Of a stretch of 64,000 bases of DNA, positions 38,984-49,709 are shown one piece after another. The DNA comes from Basidiobolus meristosporus CBS 931.73 (taxonomy: Eukaryota; Fungi; Basidiobolomycota): the NCBI GenBank assembly GCA_002104905.1, contig MCFE01000487.1, positions 3,644-67,643 on the forward strand, given 5' to 3'. The position numbers and the translations under genes are program-made. The notes below the pieces were generated by a model. It searched no databases. It was given only the letters and a program-made list of their open reading frames with translations, and was not told the origin of the DNA. The number at the start of each line of letters is the position of its first letter. The stretch's first letter is position 1.

Positions 38984-39352
38984 CTAATAATCGTCGTAAT
39001 CATCACCTCGGCCGCCACCACCATACTTCTTTCTTCCATGGCCATTACCATCATAATCGTCGTCGTAATCATTGTCATACTTTTTTCTTCTTCCGTGACC
39101 ATGACCATCGTAGTCATCCCCGTCATATCTCCTTCTTCTTCCACGGCCATTACCATCATAATCATCATCGTAGTCGTTACCATACTTCTTTCTTCCTCCA
39201 TGGCCATTACCGTCATAATCATCGTCATAGTCACCGCCACCACCGTGACCTACCCCCTTATAGTCAGGATCGTAAGAGCGCTCAAGGACTGAAGCATTGA
39301 TAGCTAGCGCAGCGGAGATGACAAGGAAAAGCTTTGCAACGGAGTATTTCAT
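38984..39352 (-). CDS. Secreted Gly/Asp/Tyr-rich repeat protein, copy 2 (122 aa)
   Basis: MKYSVAKLFLVISAALAINASVLERSYDPDYKG..; paralog of copy 1 with indels in the repeats. Confidence 0.85.
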   Translation of the reverse strand: MKYSVAKLFLVISAALAINASVLERSYDPDYKGVGHGGGGDYDDDYDGNGHGGRKKYGNDYDDDYDGNGRGRRRRYDGDDYDGHGHGRRKKYDNDYDDDYDGNGHGRKKYGGGGRGDDYDDY

Positions 39353-40339
39353 GTTGATATAATGGTTGGAAATAATCAGAAGATCAAGGCATTTATACAT
39401 TTTACAATGCAAGAATATGCAGAAGCACGCCCATCAGTGTTTGCTGATCACACGTACAGTGTTGAGGAGAGATGTCCGTAGCATTCATGGCTTTAATCTA
39501 GTGCGCATTTAGCAGTTTTATAATGCGATATGTGTTGTTAGTTAAGCACACTCAGTACCAAACTACCTGTGCTGACAACTCAGCCTGTAAGCTGTACATC
39601 AATTAGATGCTTCCCAACTTGTGCTATACTTGCAGTCATGGCTCTTTCTGCAGGTGACTTGAGTTTGATATGTCCAGATGCATCTTATGTTTTGAAATCA
39701 GATTTTCTTGAGTGCCAATGGCATGCCTGTGGTAATGTAGGTTTTCTGGCCAACGAGAAGCAGTAGTCAATCATATAGTATTGTGGCATATTTCTAAATG
39801 GAATTCTGAGTCAGTTTACTTCAGGCCATTACACTGTGCAATATTCCTAGTAATGGCCAGACATTTCTTTGTAGCATATTAACCAGCAATAGTAGTAGCA
39901 GTAGTAATTAAAATCATCGTTGGTGAAGCGTTTCAGCAGATTGAAATAATAGGAAGCAAAGTATAACGTGCTTTATGTTTGCTTGCATAGACTCACGGTG
40001 AAATGCCACTCTCAATTTGCGAGATAAATATATTCAAGAACCTGAATACGGGGTAACCCAAGGAGGAGGATTTTAGTGGCGAAATTTGTCAGGTATTTAG
40101 TTCGGATATATTCGGATATATTGTATTAGGTAACCACTCCAAATAGATAATCCACAATTTCCTTTTATGACCCACTGTTCTTCGCGGAGGTTACTAATGG
40201 GGGAATGTTTTATTGATATGACGAACGTTCTCTAGTTGGAATGACAAGAAATATTTTATATGTTCTAGATGTATGGCAAGCATTTCTATTTAAATAGGCC
40301 TGTTAGCATTTTCTATCACTGGAAACGAATCTAAGCAAA

Positions 40340-42271
40340 ATGAGACATGTAATTATTGGAGGTGTAGCCGGAGGAGCAACAGCAGCCGCCCGATTGAGAA
40401 GAGTGGATGAGACGGCTGAGATCATTTTATTGGAGAAGGGTCCCTATATCTCTTACGCCAACTGTGGTTTGCCGTACTATATCGGCGGAGTCATTGCCAA
40501 ACGCGAAAAACTGCTGCTGCAGACGCCAAAGTCGTTTGGTACGCGTTTCCGTATTGACGTCAGAATAGAGAGCGAAGTAATTGCCATTCATCCAGAGGAT
40601 AAAAGCCTGACCATTCGTAGGGCAAATGGAGAAGAATACAAAGAAACTTACGACAAGCTGCTACTATCACCAGGTGCCAATCCCGTGAAGCCGCCATTGG
40701 AGGGTATCAATTCGGAAGGCATCTTCACCCTGCGCAACGTAGAAGATACCGACCATATCAAAGCGTACATTGCTGAGAAACAGGTAAAGCGTGCCGTAGT
40801 AGTAGGTGCCGGCTTTATCGGGCTGGAGATGGCGGAGAACCTGCACCATGCCGGGGTGGCTGTTTCCGTAGTCGAAATGGGCAACCAGGTTATGGCTCCT
40901 ATCGACTTCTCTATGGCAGCGTATATCCATCAACACTTGACACAAAAGGGCACATCTTTATATCTTGAAGAAGGTGTTACCCACTTCCAGCGTACAGACA
41001 GCGGCATCACTGTTTTCCTGAAAAGTGGCAGGACCATTCCTGCCGATATGGTGTTACTCTCTATCGGCGTGCGTCCAGCAACAGCATTGGCGCAACAGGC
41101 CGGCTTGAAGTTGGGAGAGACGGGTGGCATCTGGGTAGATAAACACTTGGAAACCTCCCAAAAGGATATCTATGCAGTGGGTGATGCTATTGAATATCCT
41201 CATCCGTTGACCGGGAAACCGTGGCTCAACTATCTTGCCAATCCGGCTAATCGCCAAGGTCGTATCGTAGCCGATAACATGGTATTTGGCAACACGGTTT
41301 CTTATGAAGGGGCTATCGGCACTTCTATCGCCAAAGTATTCGATATGACTGTGGCTTCTACAGGACTGGCAGCCAAGCGTTTGAAGCAGTTGGGAATGGA
41401 GTATCAGAGTTCAGTTACCCACTCCTCTTCCCATGCAGGCTATTATCCGGACGCTTTGCCCTTGACGCTGAAGCTAACCTTTCACCCTAAGACTGGTAAG
41501 CTTTACGGTGCGCAATGTGTGGGCTACGAAGGAGTGGACAAGCGTATCGACCAAATAGCTGGAGTCATCAAGCATGGCGGGACGGTATATGACCTGACGG
41601 AAACTGAGCACACCTATGCACCCCCTTTCTCATCTGCCAAAGATCCTATAGCCATTGGTGGATATGTTGCCTCCAATATAATCAGCGGGGCTATGCCGGC
41701 TATTTCCTGGCGCGAACTCGTTGATGAGAAAGACCAAGTGATGATGTTTGATACCCGTACTGCCGAAGAACATTCATTTGGCTCCATTCCGGGGGCTGTC
41801 AATGTCCCCTTGAATGAATTGCGTGAGCACATTGCTGAAATCCCGATGGATAAACCAGTTGTTCTATTCTGTGCCATAGGACTGCGCGGCTATCTAGCTC
41901 AGCGCATCTTGATGGGACGCGGTTATCGCAATGTTCGCAACCTAATCGGCGGCTATAAAACTTATTCCACCAGCGTAGCTCCTATTGCAAAGCCTTCTAC
42001 CGATGTTCCTTCACCACAAGAGGCTGGTGAGGCGACAAAGATAAACGTATGCGGGTTACAGTGTCCCGGGCCTATCATGCAGGTAACAAAAGCGATGAAC
42101 AGCATTGCGGTTGGCAAACGTGTTACAGTCACGGCAACTGATGCAGGTTTGGTTCGTGACGCCTCTGCCTGGTGCGACACTACAGGCAACAAATTGATAT
42201 CAAAGCATGAAGAAAAAGGTCGCTACACAGTTGTTCTAGAAAAAGGTGAACCCGCCACTAAACAGAATTGA
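40340..42271 (+). CDS. Bacterial-type CoA-disulfide/persulfide reductase - rhodanese - TusA/SirA fusion (643 aa, intronless)
   Basis: FAD loop IIGGVAGGATAAARLRR; redox Cys SYANCGLPY; NAD(P)H loop GAGFIGLEMAE; dimerisation YAPPFSSAKDP; rhodanese VLFCAIGLRGY; TusA CGLQCPGP. Confidence 0.93.
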   Translation: MRHVIIGGVAGGATAAARLRRVDETAEIILLEKGPYISYANCGLPYYIGGVIAKREKLLLQTPKSFGTRFRIDVRIESEVIAIHPEDKSLTIRRANGEEYKETYDKLLLSPGANPVKPPLEGINSEGIFTLRNVEDTDHIKAYIAEKQVKRAVVVGAGFIGLEMAENLHHAGVAVSVVEMGNQVMAPIDFSMAAYIHQHLTQKGTSLYLEEGVTHFQRTDSGITVFLKSGRTIPADMVLLSIGVRPATALAQQAGLKLGETGGIWVDKHLETSQKDIYAVGDAIEYPHPLTGKPWLNYLANPANRQGRIVADNMVFGNTVSYEGAIGTSIAKVFDMTVASTGLAAKRLKQLGMEYQSSVTHSSSHAGYYPDALPLTLKLTFHPKTGKLYGAQCVGYEGVDKRIDQIAGVIKHGGTVYDLTETEHTYAPPFSSAKDPIAIGGYVASNIISGAMPAISWRELVDEKDQVMMFDTRTAEEHSFGSIPGAVNVPLNELREHIAEIPMDKPVVLFCAIGLRGYLAQRILMGRGYRNVRNLIGGYKTYSTSVAPIAKPSTDVPSPQEAGEATKINVCGLQCPGPIMQVTKAMNSIAVGKRVTVTATDAGLVRDASAWCDTTGNKLISKHEEKGRYTVVLEKGEPATKQN

Positions 42272-42917
42272 AGCATTTTGCGTGGCTACAAAAATGCTCC
42301 ACCTTCCTATAACGTTAGTTTAGTTAGTTTCCCAATTTGGGATTATATAAAGTCATTTGCAATCATGCCATTCCATTCCATAAATGTATGAGGCTCTTGT
42401 GCTCACTAAATCCAGATCAATTATGCTCCCGATATTCTCAAAATAGTACATAATTGACCAATTCGTCCCTTGCTTCAAGATCTTGATATGGATTGAAAAT
42501 GAAAATGAATGCTAGCCAAAGAAGGCAATTGAAGGCTATACTTCACCTAATGTAATTCTCAAATGTTACAAATACTTTCCTCGTACACAAATAGAACAGC
42601 TAATAGTACTAATTGGTTGGATATTTGTCAGCCACTAGAAAATATCATATGATAAACTGGCTCTTTTTGTTATGAAAGTCTTGCAGATTGTAAGGTACGT
42701 GAAGTAAATGTAGGTTTTTTGATTTTCACATCATTAATATTGCATGTAAAGGGGGTCTGGAAACTTTAGTAAGCTCTGGCAAGACAACATGTAAAAATGT
42801 TTATGAAGATCCCACAAATACATGTTGTAAGAGTTTTTGCATTATTGGAAGTGATGGGAAGTACATCTATATCATGTGGTTCTTGCTAAATGACTGATTG
42901 AATGTAAAAGTTGTATC

Positions 42918-43302
42918 TGTTGTAAGAGTCTTGGAGATATTGGAAGTGATTGGGAAGAAAAGTAGATTATGTGGTTTTCACTTAATGATATATTGAATGC
43001 ATAAGTAGTATATATACTTTACATGGTCTTGGGATAGCAAACACATAGAATAGATTTTACATGGTCTTGGCATTACAAACACGTAGAATAGGTTAAGAAA
43101 GGTCCCAAGAACATGTGTGCAAAGTTAGGGGCTGTTTGGACAACTTATTCAATTTTCATATTCTGGAACCTGATATGTGGGTGAAAATAATCCAAGTAGA
43201 TCCCAACCAGAAATTTGGTCATTATTCTCTGAGATTTGTAGGTAATGATCAAAGTGACTAAGTTAGGTGGATATTTAGTTGGAATTCCAAATTTCTACAA
43301 CA
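42918..43302 (-). repeat. Family A 3' LTR (inverted, with an internal duplication); older LTR scraps at about 42760-42917
   Basis: TGTTGTAAGAG...TACAACA followed by the reverse-complement PPT CTCCCTCTC. Confidence 0.88.
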
Positions 43303-46140
43303 CTCCCTCTCTACTAAATGCTCATATTGACTAGTCCTAATTTTGACCTAAGATATTCAAGTTTGTCTCTAGCTTATGGTTTGGTAAATAGGTTGGCAAT
43401 CATTTCATCTGTAGGACAGTAAACCAAGTTAGCTAAGTTAATCTCTATAGCTTCACATATGAAATGATGTCTAATATCTGTGTGCTTAGCTCTAGCATGA
43501 AAAGTTGGATTTCTAGCTAATTGTATACTTCCTTGATTATCTTGAAATAAAGTAATAGGCATTTTTTGACATAAGCCTAAATCTTTAAAAAGCTTTCTTA
43601 ACCACATTGCTTCTTTTGTAGCTTCACATGCTGCCATGTACTCTGCCACTGTGGTAGCAAGTGCTATGGTTATTTGCTTTCTTGAATTCCTTGAAATTGC
43701 ACCTTTACTATAAAGAAAGGTGTATACTCAGGTGGATCTTGTGACTTCTAAATTTTGTCCCCAATCAGCATCAGAGTATCCCACTCAATGTTATGCCAAA
43801 TCCTTATAGGTGTACCTTAAGCAGATATCAGCAGTTCCTTTTAGGTATATAAAAATCTGCTTAACTGCTGCAATATGATCAGATCTGTAGTTCTGATTAT
43901 GCTGGCTGACAACTCCCACTGAATATAAAATATCTGGACATGTTCCAAGCATGATATACATTAGACTGCTGACCATAGATTGATAGGGAAAGTCAGGGCT
44001 TTCAGATGGCACCAGGTGCTCTTGATTTGGCTGAATTTTGATCAAGTTAAGGTTTGTCTCCATTAGGGTAGCTGCTGGTTTACAGTCTTCCATTTGGTAC
44101 TGCTTTAGTATATATGGAATATGCTTGGATTGGCTTGGGGTAATAGTCTGTAAGCTTCTGTCTATGGAGAACTTGATCCCTAATCAGTAAAGGAGTTCTC
44201 CCAGATTGGACATCTTGAACTCCTCAGATAGGCTGGATTTAGTCTCTTCTAATGTTTCTAGGTTATTGGTGGCAATAGTAAAGTCATCCATGTATAGAGC
44301 TAGTAGAGCCAGATTTGCTCTATCTGGCTTATAGAAGAGAGCATAGTCAGCAGTACTCCTTTGCAAACTCAAAGATTCCAAATAAGAATATATCTTGCAA
44401 ATCCCAGCTCTTGATAATTGTTTGAGACCATGTAGTAACTTTTTAAGCCCAAAGAACAAATGGGGGTAATCCTGGCCAGCAAAGCCATCAGGCTGGTCTA
44501 TACACATGTTATTATCATATTTTCCATTCAAAAATGCAGTTTCTTCATCCATTTGAAGTATAAAAACAAATATTTGGCAGTAATAGTTAATACACATCTG
44601 ATGGAATTAAACTTGGCTACTGGTGCAGAGGTCTCATTATAGTCATACCCATTTGTTTGAGAGTATCCTTTGGCCACAAGTCCTGCATTTTATCTTTCAA
44701 TCTTACTATTAGACTTGTATTTTGTCCTGAAGACCCAACTGCATACAATCAAATTTTGATTGATTGGTAATTTGACAAAGTCTCAAGTTTGATGTTCCAT
44801 CAGTGCCGGATAATCCTTGGTCATTGCAGATCTCCAAAACCTTGTCTAAGGGCTATTTAAGGCCTCATTTACAGTCTGGGGTGCATCAATATGGACTGAA
44901 TAGGCATAGGCTGAGTGTGTACCCTCATTGATATAGTAATTTGGGCCATTTCTGGTCCAGTTGAATCTCCTAGTTTGCAATACTGGAATGATCACACCAA
45001 GGATACTCATAGGTGCTGATACAGGCTGAACCACAGTTGCAGAGTCCTCTGGAGAAAAAAAATCTTCATTCTCTTGCTCTGATTCAATCCTGACTGTTGG
45101 TGTACTTGAAATCAGATTTTTGTCATCATTTGATGTCAATTTTTGGGAATATCTTGATTTTTCATCAAAGAACACATCTCTGGCATTGATCAGCTTCTTT
45201 GCTTTGGCAGTGTAGGGTCTGTATGCTTTACTCTCATTGCAGTAGCCTAAAAATATGCCTTTTACACACTTTGGCTCAAATTTTGACTGATTACCAGGCA
45301 GTTCCTTGGCAAATACTTAGCACCTAAACATTATTAGATGTTCTGCACTTTATCAGTAAGCGTACCATGCCTCAAGTGGAGTAGAATCATGTAGTATTCT
45401 GTTATTACTCCAACTTTCAAGAAATACAGCTGTGGCAACTAATCTAACTTAATACTAAAAGATAATTTTGATGATGGACCATATATCTTGCCATATCCAT
45501 TTTCTTGCTGATTTGCACCTTCTGCTATCCCATTTTGCTATGGGGAGTATAGTACAGTAGTCTCTTGCTTTATCCCATGAATCTTGCAGAAGTGAATGAA
45601 GAGCTTTGAGGAATGTTTTCCACCATTGTCAGAACATATTTTCTTGATTTTTTCACCAGTTTCTCTCTCCACCAAGGCTGTAAGCTCCTTGAGCTTAGAG
45701 AGAGCTTCTTTCTTTCTCTCCATGAAGTAGACCCATGTGTAACTTTTATAATCATCAATAAAAGTGGTTTAACAACACATTCTGCCTAAAGACAAGTTTT
45801 GCATTGGTCTGCACCAATCTGAGTGAATTAGATCTAATTTCTTTGTAGTTTTGATTCACCCAGAGCTCCTGAACAGTTGTATGGCTTTTTCCTCATTTAT
45901 GCAGGCATCAGAGTGCTTCAAATCAGCTCACAGAGCAATTTTTACCCTGGGAACTAGCTGATCTCTGATCAATTTGTGCAAATATTCAAAATTGATTTGT
46001 CCAAATTGCCCGTGCCAAAACATTGATGCTTCCTCATTTAAGTAACTTATAATTGATTCCTGAAAGGATAGAATATAGTCAACTTTTATAGATTCTGATC
46101 TTTGATACTCAAAACAATATGGGCATTAATTTGATCTGTT
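43303..46140 (-). mobile_element. Degenerate copia family A internal region (GAG-pre-integrase, IN, RT, RH)
   Basis: Broken ORFs matching the first element (AEYMAACEATKEAMWLR, LYMDD, SDNGG). Confidence 0.92.
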
Positions 46141-47960
46141 AGTGTTGGGGGGGGGGAGGAAAGTCACCAAGTGGTGGAGTCTTTATTTATTTATGACAAG
46201 TATCAAAGAAGCCAAGTTAATCTGAGGTAAGTTGTACTGGTTTGTGGTTTCTGAACTGTAGCCAGAATGGCCAGTTGAGTGGGGGAACTGAGGGGAACTT
46301 CTAAGCAATCACCAGTCAAATTTACTAGGCAAATCTGTCCAATTAGGGTAAGGGGGGAAACAGTCTCCAACAGGTAAAATCTTTATTTCAGCTGAAACAA
46401 AGAAGACAGCACTACTGTTATAGCTATAATGCAAGAGTGTCTTGCTGAGTGGAACTTGTAGGTAAGTTAACAAGGAGAGATGATAGTTCTCAGTGCTCAA
46501 GACACTGTTTAGTGGGAAGGGGGGTAGCAAGAGGGGCAAGAATGATTTGTGAACAATATTGATAAGGGTTAAGGGGGATGATAATCACTAAATAGTGAAA
46601 TCTTAGGGTTAGGGGCCCTATGAAAAATAATTTGGGTTAGGGGAGACAGTCAACAACAGGTGAAATCTTTATTTCAGTCAAAACAAAGAAGCCAGCACTA
46701 CTGTTGTAGCTTTGATACAAGAGTGTGTAGCTGAGGGGAATTTGTAGGTAAGTTTACAAGAAGTGATGATAGTTGTTCAGTGCTCAAGACACTGTTTAGT
46801 GGGAAGGGGGGTAGCAAGAGGGGTAAGAGTGATTTGTGAACAATATTAATGAGGGGAATATGATAAGGATTGATATTCATTATAAAGGGAGTATGCTGCT
46901 TCCAATAATGCTGTCAAAGGTCTGTCAAGTACTTTAGGTAGGCCAGTTTGGGTTTTTCTCACTGTAGAATATAATGAGCAAGCCTCTTGTCATCAGGATC
47001 TCCAAGTATTGTTTTCCAGCAGGAGCCAGGTGTAGTGTGGTGTATCCTCTTCCAGGCCTTCATGAGTGGGCTGTTCCAGTGGTGAATTCTGAGATATAAT
47101 CAGGCACTAAGGTAGAGAAGTCTGATCTTATAGGGCATAAAACCTGAAACACCAAGAATAGCATGTCTGTAGGGGCATTCAGGCAGATGAGGCACCAAGG
47201 AGGTAATACACCAGACTGCAAACTTGTCAAGTTTAGTGCAGTTGCTAGAAGTAAGAGAGAGAAGTGGTAGGCCAAATTTCAGAACAGGAAAGACAAACTG
47301 CTTGAGAAGGAGGCAATGGGAGCTGAATTGTAGGAGGAGTAACAGCCAGTAGATTGTGGAGTGTCTGTCATGCCAGGATAATTCTCTTCTTCAGGTGTGC
47401 TCCAGAGTCTAGTTCAGTAGAGAGGAATGGAAAGCCAAGATATGTAGCAGAAACCTGAGCAGGTAGAGTGCAGTTCTCTAAGTTGATAGGACAACCCAAA
47501 GGTACTGTCTTTGCAATGGAAAGCTGGAGATTATTCTTCTGCAGATACTGGTGGATGGTCTGGGAATCTTGTTGCATATTGGAGGAGGATATTCTAATGT
47601 CATCAGCAAAGAAAGTAACCAGGCAGTCAGCTGAGAGTCTTGGGAAATCATTCAGGAAGATGGCAAACAGTATAGGACTAGGCACTGAGCCTTGAACCAC
47701 TCCATTAGGAACTGTGAACACAGCTGATTGCTCACTTAGGTGCAGAATTCTTGCTTGTGGATCCAGAAACAGAGACCTGACAAGGAGGGTGAGAGAGGTA
47801 CTGGAGAAGCATTGTATCTTGGACCAAAGCAGGTTTCTGTCAGCTGAATTAAAGGCCTTAGTAATATCAAACAGAACAGAGGGATACTTGCACTGGAGAG
47901 AGTGATCTTGGCTAAGTACAACTGCATATTCCAAGGAGAGGCTAGGAACAAAGCCAAACT
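46141..47960 (-). mobile_element. Non-LTR (LINE-like) retrotransposon remnant
   Basis: RT motifs LFDITKAFNS..RNLLWSK, GVVQGSVPSPILF, FFADD in ORF 47368..47934; boundaries approximate. Confidence 0.8.
46345..46870. repeat. Imperfect tandem repeat, period about 287 bp
   Basis: GACACTGTTTAGTGGGAAGGGGGG at 46501 and 46788, with flanking similarity. Confidence 0.85.
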
Positions 47961-48100
47961 GTGCGGGGTGAAACTTACATCACTCAATAGTCATGTCTGC
48001 AGTCAAAAGAACTCACAAAAATTCCCTTGGTGGTGACCAGGCTACTTGTGGCAACGTCTCCGGTAACCCAACAAAAGTAGCAGCCTCCAACAACATCAAG

Positions 48101-48400
48101 ATGAGCCATGTGGACCGGGCGCACCTTCATACAGATCCGGTGTATTGCTACAACTATGTGGCTAAGTTTGTGGATTTCTCCAACAAAGATGTCCAGGCCA
48201 TCAAATCGGTGTCGGAGAGACTGGCCCCTCTTGGTGGTGTCATAGTGGACACCGTGTATGACAAGCTCAGAGCATTCGACATCACTTGGGAATCCATGGC
48301 CAAACGCCACGGGGGGTACGCTGGCGAGGTGGTTGAGAAAGTGCAGGATCTCAAGGTCGACAGCTCCCAGATCAAGTACAGAAAAGATATGCTGACCCAA
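48101..48400 (+). pseudogene. Fungal protoglobin-like globin, N-terminal half only
   Basis: MSHVDRAHLHTDPVYCYNYVAKFVDFSNKDVQAIK..VDTVYDKLRAFDITW..QIKYRKDML fits fungal protoglobin-domain proteins; no convincing C-terminal exon found downstream. Confidence 0.7.
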
Positions 48401-49637
48401 GTGGGAAGACATCGCATATTCATTTTTGAACGTAAATTGGCGTTGGAAATTGAAAATGGGTAGATTTTATGGTTCTCTGGTTTCCACGAATTTAGGGTAG
48501 TGTCTAGTAAGGAAGAAAAGACCAATACCCGAGGTATGGTAAGAGGTATGGCCAACATATTGAAGAAAAAAACTAGAATGCACGCAACAAGCGAAACAAT
48601 CCGAATAGGTCATGCTCTTTGGATTACATTTAAGAGGTGTCGCTGCAAAGTTGACAATGAGGATTTATAAATACGCTAGTGAGTGTCACGCGGGCGTGGC
48701 ACACTCACACAAGTGCAGGTATTCTTACAAGCGCAAATCATCTTGACCTTCTGGCACTCACATTACTTCGGCAGTAACCACCACAACAGCAGATTTTGGC
48801 AGCTTTTGTGATTTCAAGATACCTGTCAATAATAAAGTATGCAGATAGCAAGAGCGATTGCCCTATTTGAAACCTTGTTTCAAAGTGCCATGACGCCAAA
48901 GCCTAGTCATGTTAACTTTGAATTTTGTACTGATTATGCGAAGTTGTAAATTTGAATATTGTTCTCAGATCAGCAATTGACTCAATCCGGGTTGCAATCC
49001 GGATGAGCCTGGGTGGTTATAATCACGATTAAGTAATGAACCCCATTTACATCACAAAGAAAACTATATGTTATTTAAAAATAACAGGTAAAAGTTTCCT
49101 ACTGAGAATTGATGTTTCCCCAGCTAGGCTGAGCCTAATTAAATCCACCGACTCTATCGTCAGTATTGTGGGATGTTATGATGGGGTGAATTGTGAATTC
49201 TTCTACGAATCAGCTTACTGGCCATGTGAATGAGAGTTGGTCCACTCATCAGAATATTTATGGTATGGTTGGATCATCTATTTGTTTTGGTCTGAAGTTT
49301 TTTTGTTTCGCCAGTATGTTACGATTTAAATCCTACCTAGTCACTACCGATCACTTGAACACTACTGATCGAACACCTTTAATTACACACTGACGATCAA
49401 TCACACTCAGTGATACACACATTATTCAATACATCTTGGACCCTTCTTTTGGAAGCTTGCTCTACGTTATCGGAAGCTCTCCTCCCGAGACTATCTCTAT
49501 ACAAACCCCTCTAAACACTATCAATAAAGCATCAACCTTTCACCAGCTCATCAATCATTCAGATAACCCTCTCCGATTCTTATTGACTATCCCCCGATCC
49601 TTCTGCACTTACCCTTGATTCATAACCAATAAAATTG

Positions 49638-49709
49638 GCCTGCGTAGCGCAGTGGTTGCGCGTCAGTCTCGTAAACTGAAGGTCGCCAGTTCAATCCTGG
49701 CAGTAGGCA
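49638..49709 (+). tRNA. tRNA-Thr(CGT)
   Basis: Cloverleaf GCCTGCG/AGTAGGC (one G:A mismatch), D-arm GCGC/GCGC, anticodon loop CT-CGT-AA, T-loop TTCAATC. Confidence 0.88.

Noticed and set aside
37602-39300. Overlapping Val/Ile/Thr- or His-rich ORFs around the Gly-Asp-Tyr genes, and ORF 38651..38854
   Set aside because: Alternative frames of low-complexity repeats, or antisense to the tRNA.
37353-39352. Idea that tRNA-Arg(TCG) is co-duplicated to supply codons for the adjacent Arg-rich genes
   Set aside because: The Arg codons I read in these genes are mainly CGT/AGA/AGG, not CGA.
40340-42271. Simple bacterial contamination as the explanation for the reductase gene
   Set aside because: Not favoured because no other bacterial genes or operon remnants flank it and both sides are fungal-type sequence; it cannot be fully excluded without read-level data.
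47993-48100. N-terminal extension of the protoglobin ORF (likewise 31854 for the Zn cluster TF, and 38217 and 39412 for the secreted genes)
   Set aside because: Downstream ATGs match the family start or signal peptide better.
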